Shown here: one piece after another, positions 1 through 12,110 of the stretch
Layout: every line of letters starts with the position of its first letter
How positions within the stretch are numbered: position 1 is the first letter of the stretch
Origin: Callorhinchus milii
Lineage: Eukaryota
DNA length: 64,000 bases
NCBI RefSeq assembly: GCF_018977255.1
Contig: NW_024704742.1
Coordinates: 71,488,001 to 71,552,000, forward strand
Direction of reading: 5' to 3'
Made by a program: the position numbers and the translations under genes
The notes under the pieces: model-generated
Database searches by the model: none
What the model saw: only the letters and a program-made list of their open reading frames with translations
What the model was told of the DNA's origin: nothing

Positions 1-1334
1 TTCGATCTTTAGTTGCTCCACCTCGCCTTCTCTCTCCTCACCTTCAAAACCTGCATTAAAAGCTATCTTTTGACTGGACTTTGGGCCACGTTCCCTCTCA
101 CCCCAGTTCAGGCTTCCAGTCATCTGTGTTTTGAGGCTCTTTTGTGTCCTCCCAACACAAAAGGAGTTCTGCAAATGCAAGTTGTTGTCCACCTGAGAAT
201 AGGTTGACAGGACCTGGGTTAAACACGTCATACGAAAGACGCTCCTCCAACAGTGCAGCTGAAGCATCCGCCGGTGAGGGCAAAGTTCCAATATGGAGCT
301 CGAATCTTCAACCTTCACAGGCCAAGGTAGTACCAGAGCCAGGCGTAGACATAGATAAACGGACGGTTTGGCCAGCCAAGTATCCAACACGTGGCCACGT
401 ATCACGTTTTAAAGGGTCTCCAAACCAGACTGAGATCCACACATTTATTCCATCTTCACAGTTTTCCTGGTGTCTGGAATGGAATGTGCATTCGCTCCCT
501 GGATCCCGCTTACCTAATTCCAGAGAGTCTCGGTTCGCAAGAGTAGAATCTAGGGAACCCAGTGTGCTTTGGCCATCAAGAGCACTATGTGGCAAGTTTG
601 CCACTGCCCATTCAGCTAGAACCACCCTACCAGCGTGCAGGGTTAACAGGAGCTAAATGGGAAGAATAACTGGCTTTAATGACTGGTCTGCTCCACTAAG
701 TCCTGCCGATGAGCCAGGCTGGGCCGTCATCAACACTTGCTCAAGAACTGATCGAGACCGTCACAGAAGATCGACTCAATTCCAATATTCTGTTGCCAAA
801 TGCTTCTAAGAGACCCCGGCTAGTCCCCACCCCAAAAGAACAGTATAGAGGCACCCAAAACTGGAATGAAAGTAATTCTATGGATAGTAAACAAAAACAC
901 TCCTCCCTTCAAGAGTCTCTGGCAGCAAAATAGCCAAAGGCAGCTGAAGTTCTCTGCTGAAATTCTCAGCCATCTGACTGAATAGCAAAAGGAAGCAGTG
1001 GGCTGCACTGTTGACAGACAACGAACAGACTTTTCTGGAATGAATCTGGCCTCAGTACTGCCAGTATAAAAATAAGCAAGATCGGACTGAGCTTATTAAA
1101 ACAGCCCTGGCTCAGACTGGAATGCAATCTTGTACCCCAACTAATCTTGACCAGTGATGGCCATCCCATGGCCTGTGGGCCGGAAGGGGCCCCTCTGAAC
1201 AATCACTCCAGTCCAGTCCAAGCGAATCCATTCCAAATCAATGCCTTGTTTCCTGTAGCTACTGAGCGACAATGTCATGAATAAAGAAATATTCAATCAA
1301 GAAAATGTATTTTGTTGGTAGACCAAAAAGGTTA

Positions 1335-1845
1335 ACATAACATGTAGGAGTAGGCCATTCGGCCCTTCGACCCTGCCCCGCCATTCAATCATGGCTGATC
1401 TTCTAATCTAACTCCAGCTAATAACCTGACCCTGCCTTATCCCCATATCCCTTAATCCCTTTTGCAATAAGAAATCTATATCTCAGTCTTGAATATGTGC
1501 AAGGACTGAGCGTCAACAGCCCTTTGGGGTAGCGAGTTCCATACATTCACCACCGTTTGAGTGAAGAAGTTCTTCCTCAACTCAGTGCGAAAGGGCTGAC
1601 CTCTGATTTTAAGGTTGTGACCCCTGGTTTTAGTTTCTCCAACCAGGGGAAACAATCTCCCACTATCTACTCTATCATACCCTTTGATAATCTTATAGGT
1701 TTCTATAAGATCCCCTCTAATTCTTCTATATTCTAGAGAATATAGACCCAAATTGGTCAGCCTATCCTCGTAACTCATCCCCTTCATCCCTGGTACTAAC
1801 CAAGTAAATCTACGCTGCACCCCATCCAAAGCAAGTACATCCACT
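1335..1845 (-). mobile_element. CR1-clade LINE 3' fragment
   Basis: ORF with VQRRFT..GMSYEDRL..RGDLIETYKI..TRGH..WNSLP, plus 3' UTR. Confidence 0.9.
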
Positions 1846-3552
1846 GTTGGCCACCACTGTTACATTAAAGTCAGTGTAGAATTATTCAGATGGAAACTGG
1901 ATAACTATCTAAGCAGTAAACATATTAAGGGACTTGGGGAGATATCTGGAGAGTGGGATTGGTATGAGGTCAACAATACAGGTAGCTTTGACTAAGACAT
2001 TTTGGGCCAAATGACTTGTGCTAAAAGCTTCTGAGCAGCATGTCCTCACCCAAAGGGGTCTTGAGCTATATTCAAGCTAATAGCCTCAGCTATTCCAACT
2101 CTGATCTGGTCCTTCACTCCCGAAGGCCAAGCCTTCATTCAGCCCTCGCGATCTGAGACTTCACTAAACGTGGCCCTTTAGTCACCACATCCCTTGCTCC
2201 TTTCACCTTTCTGAGGGGTTGGGGGCAATAGATAAGCAGGGTCTCTTTGGAGCTGAACTGGCACCAATGTGACATGTTTCACAACAAAATGTCAGAATCG
2301 AGCCTACCCTCTGGACGGTCTCTAGTCCAGTTCCTGAGCCAGGAGGTCCACACTATTCCAGGGCGCTGCTGATGAGAGCACAGCCAGCCTCATCGCCAGG
2401 ACAGTCACCACACTCCTATGAATCTCTCGTGAAAATCACTGTCTTGGTACCTGGCCTACAAAAACCTACAACCCGCCTCTCCTTTGCTCAACATATTGAA
2501 ATCTCTAATTTTCCTGCCCAGGATCCACTATATTTGTCAAGTGCTTTCTAGATGTACTTTTACTTTGAAAGGTGCTGCATAAACATAAGCTGTTGTAATA
2601 TAGGTAAACAAAGATAACAAACTTCTGATATTTTGGGACAAAGGAAGATAAGGGTACAATGGTGGGTGATAACTCTTATTTGAGCACGTGATTAAATACA
2701 GAAAAGACCCATTCCCCTCTCTTTCAACATAGCAATAAGGAAAGGATAGTCAGTTTATTTTTATAGCTTCAAGTACACCCAGCAACTTCATTAAATAAGC
2801 TCTTTGTTAAAATACGAAACCATTGACACAGTTTGTAAGATAGCCACAGCCCCACTTTCCACACCCTTAATTACTATCGCACCTTTCACACCAAAATAAA
2901 TGGCTTAAACTTTTTACAGATTAATTTTACTTTACTGGAAATTAAGTGAACGTTGTTATGGAGACAAAATGTGTCTGTTCAGCAGCTTTATACACCATTC
3001 GTTTACTCCACACACATCACCACCTCACTCTCCATATACACACACACACACATTCATTCACTCCAACCCACCCTCACACACGACTCCCTCACTAACCACT
3101 GATGCCCACCCATCCACAATTCAGAAGACAATAGCGAGCCCTACCATCGGTGGTCGGGCCTTCAGCCTCTCAGCCCCGAGGCTCTGGAACTCCATCCTCC
3201 AGTGCCTTCGCCGCCTCCTCCCTTTCCTCCTTCAAGGCCGGTCTCAAGACCTTTCTCTTTGACCGTGCCTTCAGCTCCCCTCTCGACTCTCTACCCCCTC
3301 CTCGCTCCCTCCCTTCCCTCCCCTCACCCTGACCATTTCCCCCCCCCAATGCTCGGGTCCTGACCCAACTGTACAGCGCCTTGGGACGTCCTCCCGATGT
3401 GAAAGGCGCTCTATAAATGGAATCTTGTTGTTGTTGAGCAACAGTGAGAATTAGCCATGAAACTCACCAAGCAGGCCTCACAAACAGACTGAATTGAGGG
3501 GAAGGGAAGGGAGAGAGGAAGAATGGAAATGTACCAGGGTAATTTTCAGATT

Positions 3553-4094
3553 AAAACCTAAGGACAGAAGGGAGATGGTTATAAGTCACTGGTTAGTCCT
3601 CAGCTGCAGTACTGTGTCCAATCCTGGGCACCATACTATAGGAAGGATATCAAGGCATTTGGAAAGAGTGCAGCGGAGATTTACCAAAATGGTTCCAGGG
3701 ATGAGGGACTTTAGTTATGCGGAGAGACTAGAGAAGCTGGAATTGTTCTTAATTCAGCAGAACAGGTTAAGGGGAGATTTAATAGAGACATTCAAAATTA
3801 TGAGGGGGTTTGATAGAGTAGATAGGGAGTTTCTCATGATATCCTGCCGGCTGTCTCCACTGGCAGGTGGGTCAGAAACCAGGGGACAAGATAATTGGTA
3901 AAAGAACCAGAGTGGAGTAGAGATTTTTTTTAAAAAAGAGATGTTTTTTAAATTAGATAGGTACTTGAAAAGGAAACATTTTCAAGGATATGGGGGAGTG
4001 GGACTGATTGGGTAGCTCTTCCAAAGAGCTGGCACAGGCACGATGGGCCGAATGGCCTCCTTCTGGGCTATAATATTCTATGATTCTATTCTAT
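3553..4094 (+). mobile_element. CR1-clade LINE 3' fragment
   Basis: LERVQRRFTKM..RGDLIETFKI, with an (ATTCT/ATGATTCT) tail. Confidence 0.9.
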
Positions 4095-4324
4095 GGGCAC
4101 AAATTTATCAGGTAAAAATGGGAGGGAAGATACAGGTAGATTCCAGGTCTAAAATTATAACACCTACAGAGAAACTAATTCTTCTGGTGGGGGAATCCAA
4201 AACAAGGTGGTATAACCTTAAAATTAGAGCTCGACCATTTAGGAGGTTAAATCAGGAAGCATTTTTTCATACAAAGGATTGTAGAAATCTTGAACTCTCT
4301 CCAAGACGACGTCCCAAGGCGCTG

Positions 4325-5559
4325 GAGGTCAACTTCGGGCATACCTCTCCCTCCATGAGCCCCTGCAGTCTGGTTTTCGCCCTGCCCACAGCAGAGAGAC
4401 AGAGCCTCTCAAAGTCACAAACAACATCCTCTCTATCTGTGACCAGGACCCCTCCCTCTGCCTCCTTGTCTTCCTGGATCTCTCTGCAGTGTTCAACACA
4501 GCCGACCACGCCATCCTCCACAGCCTCTCCTCCCTCATCTACCTTAGTGGGTCTGCACTTGCATGGTTTGAATCCTACTTAACCAATCGACTCCATTTCA
4601 CCTCGGCAAATGGTTTCTCCTCCCGCTCCTGCGGGGTAACCCAGGGCTCCATCTGTGGTCCTCTTCTTTTCCTTACCTACACGCTCCCTCTGGGTGATGT
4701 TACCCATAAATACGGGGTAAATTTCCACATGTATGCGGATGACACACAAATCCACTTTGCCTTCTCCAGTAATAATAATCCTTGCATTTGATATAGCGCT
4801 TTTCACGTCAGGAGGACGTCCCAAAGCGCTTCACAGAACACACTATAAAGTGAATTGACCGTATATTTGTGGGCGAACGCGGCAGCCAATTGCGCACAGC
4901 AATGTCCCACAAACAGTCGTAGATTGAAAATTACCAATTTATTATTGTTTTTGGTTTTTGGAGGGATTATTATTAGGCTCTGTGTGGAGTAAGGAAACTT
5001 GCCCAAGGTTTCGCCCTCTGCCTGGAATTGAACTCAGGTCTCTCGCTTACAAAGCGAGTGCTCTAACCACTGAGCTACAGGACTCCACAAACTCCAGGTC
5101 CACTGGTGTTCTATTAACTTGTCTGGCAGACATCAAGACTGGATGTAAACTTCCCGCAGCTGAATGTGGACGAAATGAAAGCCATACTCCTTGGCTCCTG
5201 TCAACGTCCTCACTCCTGAGGATCTGAACTCCAATATACTGTACTGTAAATTGAATTCACTGTATTTTGTGGGGAAAATGCGCAATCTAGGCGCTCTGTT
5301 CGATCCCACAGTTGTTCTTCCTCCCCCACATCTGGTCCCTAACCAGGATCACTTCTTCCACCTCCGCCACATTGCCCGCCTCCGACCGTACCTTACCCCA
5401 AATGCAGTCGAAACCTTCATGCACGCGTTTGTCACCTCCTGCCTGGATTACTCAAACACACTCCTTGACGGTCTCCCCAGCTCCACCACTGTTAAACGGT
5501 CTGAGATACTACTCTGCATGGATGGCCCAATATAAATGCAAGTTCCTGCTGTTGTTGTT
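4325..5559 (+). mobile_element. L2-clade LINE fragment interrupted by a SINE
   Basis: FNTADHAIL, HMYADDTQ and AFVTSCLDYSN motifs; (TTG)n tail. Confidence 0.88.
4770..5088 (-). mobile_element. Young tRNA-derived CORE-like SINE (short subfamily), full length
   Basis: tRNA-like head GTGGAGTCCTGTAGCTCAGTGG, ACCTTGGGCAAGT core, L2-like tail ending (ATT)n. Near-identical to the copies at 23063 and 41293. Confidence 0.9.
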
Positions 5560-6234
5560 ATGATGTGGGTTCGCTTATAATTCCTTGCCTTGTGGACCAG
5601 CCCGCAGGGCATCATGAGAAACTCCATTCTCTCTTTTCCAATCTTTAACGTTCATCTAGGGGAACAGGCAGATGGGGCCTAATGTGGACAGCAACCCTGG
5701 TAATTTAGCATTCACTCCTCACGTTAGTACACTTTACAGTAAAAGTTCTGTGATGCACCTTGAGATAGCTTGATAACGTGATAAGTGTCATAACAAGTGT
5801 GCGTATTATTATAGCAAATGCAAGGGTTATTATTCATCATTATTACTTATTAATTATTACTCGGTTGTTAAGTCGATTGGCAGACCACTTTTCTCTCAAT
5901 CCATGACTATGTGTGGGATTCTGCTGTGTGCAATTGACTGCTGCGTTTTGCCCACAAAATATACCGATAATTCACTTTACAATATATTCTGTGAAGCGCT
6001 TTGAGATGTCTCAAAGACGCGATAAGCTGCTATATCAAATGTAAGGATTATTATTAATTATAAAAAGTCCTTGTTGTGGGGCTTGAACCCACAATCTTCT
6101 GACCCAGAGGCGAGTGCGAGCCGAGCCAGCCTGACTGGTAACTGAAACATTTCAGAGGAGCCCTTTAATAATATTACTACTATAATAATAATCAGTGCTC
6201 AAGAATGCTACCCCGATATATAAATGCAAGTTGT

Positions 6235-6602
6235 TGTAGTAATCCGTGCATTTGATATTGCGGCTTATCACGTCTGTGAAGCGTCTCAAAGTGCTTCACA
6301 GAATATACTGTAAATTGAATTCACTGTATTTTGTGGGGAAAATGCGGCAGCCAATTGCACACAGCAGTGCTCCACGAACATTCGTGGATTGCGTAACCGA
6401 ATTATTATTATTTTGAAGCAATTATTACCCCCGGAAACTGAACTACCAATTCTCTAACAACCGGGTTCCTACTTACTGCTAGGTAAACAGAGGCATATGG
6501 AGTGAGGAAACTTGCCTAACGTTTCACCTCGATCGAGAATTTAACCCAGCTCGCCTTGCTTGCGAGACAAGTGCTCTAACCACTAAGCTACCTTTCCCTA
6601 GA
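6235..6602 (-). mobile_element. tRNA-derived SINE, long subfamily
   Basis: Same head and tail, plus internal TCTGTTTACCTAGCAGTAAGTAGGAACCCGG segment. Confidence 0.85.
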
Positions 6603-9250
6603 ACAGCTATAGTGTTTTTTTTTTGGGGGTGGGGGAGATGGGGGAGGAAAGAGGGAAAAAAAATTCTTAAAATTAGATACTTTTTTCTCTGGCAGAAGGG
6701 GTGAAGAAACAAAGAAGAGAAATTGTAAATAGTGATTGTCTTGGTCATTACTGCAAAAAAATCCGAACTTTGCAACACAACTTGGTGAACATTTTAAAAG
6801 AGTGATACTGACTGTGGAGCGGAGAGCAAGAGACAGTGTATGTGCATCGCCAAATTATTTACAAATGACTTACCACATAAGTTATAATAAGACCAGCCCA
6901 ACAACACGTGCAAACAGCAGATATACACACAGGAAGCTTTTTAAAAATACTGTGCATACATTATTTGAATTGACAGGGAAGGAAAGTCATGAAAATATGC
7001 ACATAGGCACACATTGAAAATAACCATTTAGAATAGAGGAAATATCTAAACACACAGTTGCCTACTTTTGGTAGATGAATAATAATATTCTCATATATTG
7101 CATCTCTATATAAATAGTGACTTTATTTGAAAATATCTGTAATTGTTACAACACTAAACCCACACCAAAACCAGATATCAGCCACACTCTTCTAGGAGAG
7201 GAAGGTTAACAACCCAACCACATGCTACCCAGGGTTTATAAATAAGGTGGTTTGGCTGCATTGTTTAGAAATGTAACGCTGATTGATTAAGGGAGGCGGG
7301 GAAGAGGGAGGGACTACTGTGCCACACAGCATAAGTAGCAGCTCCCACATGTCAACAGTGTGCAGCTTCAGGGAGACACAGACGTACATTATTGCCTGCT
7401 TTTGGTAGATGACTAAGATTCTCATATTTTGCTTCTGTAACATCAATAGTGACTATCAACTGTTGACTATATACCTATGAAGAGAGGCTTATTAAACTGG
7501 GGATTCTTTCCCACTTGATGGAAAAGAGACTGAAGGGATTAAAGAGCCATAGAACTTTACAGCACCATCTTTCCCAGCTCTTTGAATCCAATCAGTCCCA
7601 GTTGCCTGGCTTTCCCCATAGCCCTCCAAATTAATTATTTTTTAAGATATCTAGTTCCCTCTTGAAAACTAATTGGATCCTTGACCACCATTGCAGACAG
7701 TGATTCCACATCCTGACAACTCTATTTAAGAAAGCAAGTCTTAAGAATCCAACGGTAAATAGGGAAAAACAATTTCCTTTTGTTGTAAATGGGTGACAAA
7801 GGGCTATAATCTCAGGAGAGTTCGCAGCAGATCCAGAGGAGAGGTTAAAATGATTGTTTTCCCACACAGAGGGCTGTTAGGGTGTGGATTCAGCCCCTTG
7901 GGCTGAATGGTCTCCCTTTGTGCAGAAAATTTCTATTTAGCTGCTGCCTCTATAGATGTCGTTCGTACCTTAATATCCATTACCTATGCATATATTAGCA
8001 GCCTTTAACTGCTGGGTATGAAGGACGCCTTCCAGAATTATTCAGTTCACCTCAAGACCCATCTCTTTGACCGTGCTTTCTGCTCCCCACCCCCATGCCA
8101 TTATTGTTAAGTGTCTTGGGACAACTTCCCATCGCAAAAGGTGCTGAGTTAGAGATAAATTAGTATTGTATCTGCCCTTGCACTTTTTAGAAGCTTTTGT
8201 ATCAGAATTTTGAAAATGAAAAAGTTATTCTTAAAAGCAAAATTGTATACATTGCCTTTTTGGGGGAATAGTAGTTACTCTTTTTTATCAATACAGGTCA
8301 TTAGTTGCTGCCTCTACAAGATCCCCTCAAACGTCCCGTTTTTGCCCTGATGCATGGATAAATGTAAAGAGGGGGGGGGGGGGGGGGTGGGGGAGAGTGA
8401 ATGAGCACTGACTACAGGACGTTAATCCCAGAATCTCCCTTCTAAATTCTGGAAAACTAGGAGAAAATAAGTTTTCTTTTGCAATTAAATATATGTAAAG
8501 AAAAAGTATAAGTTGCTATTAGGTGCAAAGACAGAGGTGGAGAGCATCGACTATTCAGGGACCTAGTGTGTGAAGCTTTCTCCCAATTGTGGTAAGTTGG
8601 AAGTTTTTTTTGACATAAAATGTATATCTAAAAAAAAGCAAAAAAATTAGCTGCTGCTAGTTTCTGGAGGCACAAATAATACATAACATTATAGGATTAT
8701 ATATTTAGGTAGTACAAGTTGTTTTTAACCACATCTGTAGATCCAGCAACTTTTTTTGCATATATTTTACGTGGGTATTTTTAAGTTTTACAAAAAAGGA
8801 GAGAGAGCAGTGATTTGTAAAATAGCAATGATATATATATAGTATATTGACAAAAAAGTAATAATAAGCCATTCAGCTACTGTTTGCTGTTAAAGATCCC
8901 AATTGATGGGAAATTAAAACAATTTGAGATAAAAATATACAATAACACTCCTTACATTTGGCTTAGTGTAAGGAGGGTGCTTCAAAACTCTTGACGGGAT
9001 GTAACTAAGCGTAAAGAATGTATTTCAAAGCAAACACAGCAGCCCATTTGCACACAGCTATGTCCCACACAGCCATGAAGTAACTGACCAATTTTAGTTT
9101 AGATCCAAGACACAGGGAGAAGCTACCTACTCTTTTCAAATAATGCCAGGGGATCTTTAACATCCACCTGAACAGACATATGCCCTCTGTTAAAGTCTTA
9201 TTCAAAGGTATTTGCAACGACCCCCCGGCCTTTACCCCAGCCTTTATTAC

Positions 9251-9310
9251 CTGCTGCTGTTTGGTTAACTAAACAAGTGGAGGGGGGCACTAACCAAGGC
9301 CAAAGCAATC
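9251..9310 (-). other. Putative 60-nt internal non-coding/regulatory exon of the minus-strand gene
   Basis: Long polypyrimidine tract ending ttttcattttccag| and donor CAGCAG|GTAATA on the minus strand. Confidence 0.55.
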
Positions 9311-9719
9311 CTGGAAAATGAAAAAAGGTATAGAAATATAGGTAGAGGGAAGACAGATAAACAAGCGAAAGGATGAGAGTATTGACTGCACAGGACTGTT
9401 GCTTGTTGTTACCAACTTTTGGAACACGAAAACAAGTTTAACTTTTGACAACAAAACCTATGCATGTATAAAATATTAACAAACCAGAAAAAAATATAAC
9501 TTCATCTGCTGCTCTTAGGTGCAGACAGAGAGCTGGCGACACAAAGAGGAGAGAAAGAGACCAATTGCAGAAAAGTGATTAAAAACAAGTGTGATATAAA
9601 ACAATATATAAAATAAGTACATATCTGAGAGGGGGATTAAAAATTGAAAGGTATGTAAGCAGAATGAAATAAAGCGGTAGCTTCTACTTTTCCATGCAGT
9701 GACAGAAATAAACAAGAGT

Positions 9720-12110
9720 CAGTGGAGAAAGAGCCAGGGAAAGAGCCAGATGATGTTTTCTCTCTCCCTCTCTCCCCCCCTCCATATTCTATTTGGAGAG
9801 GGAGAAAGAGCCAGGGGGAGAGAGAAAGAGCCAGGGGGAGAGAGAAAGAGCCAGGGGGAGAGAGAAAGAGCCAGGGGGAGAGAGAAAGAGCCAGGGGGAG
9901 AGAGAAAGAGCCAGGGGGAGAGAGAAAGAGCCAGGGGGAGAGAGAAAGAGCCAGGTGGCGAGAGGAGTGTTTTTTCCTCTCCCTTTATGTAATTATAGGG
10001 AGAGAGAGAGAAAAAAGAAAGAGCCAGAGGGAGAGAGAAAGAAAGAGCCAGAGGGAGAGAGAAAGAAAGAGCCAGAGGGAGAGAGAAAGAAAGAGCCAGA
10101 GGGAGAGAGAAAGAAAGAGCCAGAGGGAGAGAGAGAGAGGGCCAGAGGGAGGGAGAGGGAGAGAGAGCGCCAGGGAGAGGGCCAGAGGGAGGGAGAGGGC
10201 CAGAGGGAGAGAGAGGGCCAGAGGGAGAGAGACGGCCAGAGGGAGAGAGACGGCCAGAGGGAGAGAGAGAGAGACAGAGAGCCAGAGGGAGAGAGAGAGA
10301 GACGGAGCCAGAGACAGACAGAGCCAGAGACAGAGAGAGCCAGAGGGAGAGAGGGAGAGCCAGAGGGAGAGGGAGAGCCAGAGGGAGAGAGAGAGACAGA
10401 AGGAGAGAGAGAGACAGAGGGAGAGAGAGAGACAGAGGGAGAGAGAGAGACAGAGGGAGAGAGAGAGACAGAGGGAGAGACGGCCAGAGGGAGAGACGGC
10501 CAGAGGGAGAGACGGCCAGAGGGAGAGACAGAGAGCCAGAGGGAGAGAGACGGAGACAGACAGAGAGAGAGCCAGAGGAAGAGAGAGCCAGAGGGAGAGA
10601 CAGAGAGCCAGAGGGAGAGACAGAGAGCCAGAGGGAGAGACAGAGAGCCAGAGGGAGAGACAGAGAGCCAGAGGGAGAGACAGACAGCCAGAGGGAGAGC
10701 CAGACAGCCAGAGGGAGAGAGACAGAGCCAGAGGGAGAGACACAGAGCCAGAGGGAGAGACACAGAGCCAGAGACAGAGAGCCAGAGACAGAGAGCCAGA
10801 GGGAGAGAGCCAGAGGGAGAGAGCCAGAGGGAGAGAGCCAGAGGGAGAGAGCCAGAGGGAGAGAGCCAGAGGGAGAGAGCCAGAGGGAGAGAGCCAGAGG
10901 GAGAGAGAGAGACAGACAGCCAGAGAGAGAGACAGACAGCCAGAGAGAGAGACAGACAGCCAGAGGGAGAGACAGACAGCCAGAGGGAGAGAGACAGAGC
11001 CAGAGGGAGAGAGACAGAGCCAGAGGGAGAGCCAGAGGGAGAGAGACAGAGACAGAGAGAGAGACAGACAGCCAGAGGGAGAGAAAGCCAGAGGGAGAGA
11101 GAGAGAGCCAGAGGGAGAGACAGAGAGCCAGAGGGAGAGAGAGAGAGCCAGAGACAGAGAGCCAGAGGGAGAGAGCCAGAGGGAGAGAGAGAGACAGACA
11201 GCCAGAGAGAGAGACAGACAGCCAGAGGGAGAGAGAGAGAGCCAGAGGGAGAGACAGAGAGCCAGAGGGAGAGACAGAGAGCCAGAGGGAGAGAGCCAGA
11301 GGGAGAGAGACAGACAGCCAGAGAGAGAGACAGACAGCCAGAGAGAGAGACAGACAGCCAGAGGGAGAGAGAGAGAGCCAGAGGGAGAGAGACAGAGCCA
11401 GAGGGAGAGCCAGAGGGAGAGAGACAGAGACAGAGAGAGAGACAGACAGCCAGAGGGAGAGAAAGCCAGAGGGAGAGACAGAGAGCCAGAGGGAGAGAGA
11501 GAGACAGACAGCCAGAGAGAGAGACAGACAGCCAGAGGGAGAGAGAGAGAGCCAGAGGGAGAGACAGAGAGCCAGAGGGAGAGACAGAGAGCCAGAGGGA
11601 GAGACAGAGAGCCAGAGGGAGAGAGCCAGAGGGAGAGAGAGAGACAGACAGCCAGAGAGAGAGACAGACAGCCAGAGGGAGAGAGAGAGAGCCAGAGGGA
11701 GAGAGACAGAGCCAGAGGGAGAGAGACAGAGACAGAGAGAGAGACAGACAGCCAGAGGGAGAGAAAGCCAGAGGGAGAGACAGAGAGCCAGAGGGAGAGA
11801 GCCAGAGGGAGAGAGAGAGACAGACAGCCAGAGAGAGACAGACAGCCAGAGGGAGAGAGAGAGAGCCAGAGGGAGAGAGAGAGAGCCAGAGGGAGAGACA
11901 GAGGGAGAGAAACAGAGACAGAGGGAGAGAAAGCCAGAGGGAAAGAGAGAGAGCCAGAGGGAGAGCCAGAGGGAGAGAGAGACGGAGGGAGAGAGAGAGA
12001 GACGGAGGGAGAGAGAGAGAGACAGAGGGAGAGAGAGAGACAGAGGGAGAGAGAGAGACAGAGGGAGAGAGAGAGAGAGCCAGAGGGAGGCCAGAGGGGA
12101 GGCGGGGAGA
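9720..12110. repeat. 2.4-kb GA-rich compound minisatellite (GAGCCAGAGGGA core; 20-nt and 24-nt perfect sub-arrays at the left end)
   Basis: Direct reading; almost no T on the + strand from about 10000 to 12110. Confidence 0.95.

Noticed and set aside
2600..3000. Possible intronic snoRNA or exon in unique sequence
   Set aside because: No clear C/D or H/ACA architecture, and no splice-bounded ORF visible by eye.
8640..8670. miR-15/16-like TAGCAGCA on the minus strand
   Set aside because: The rest of the mature sequence and a precursor hairpin are absent.
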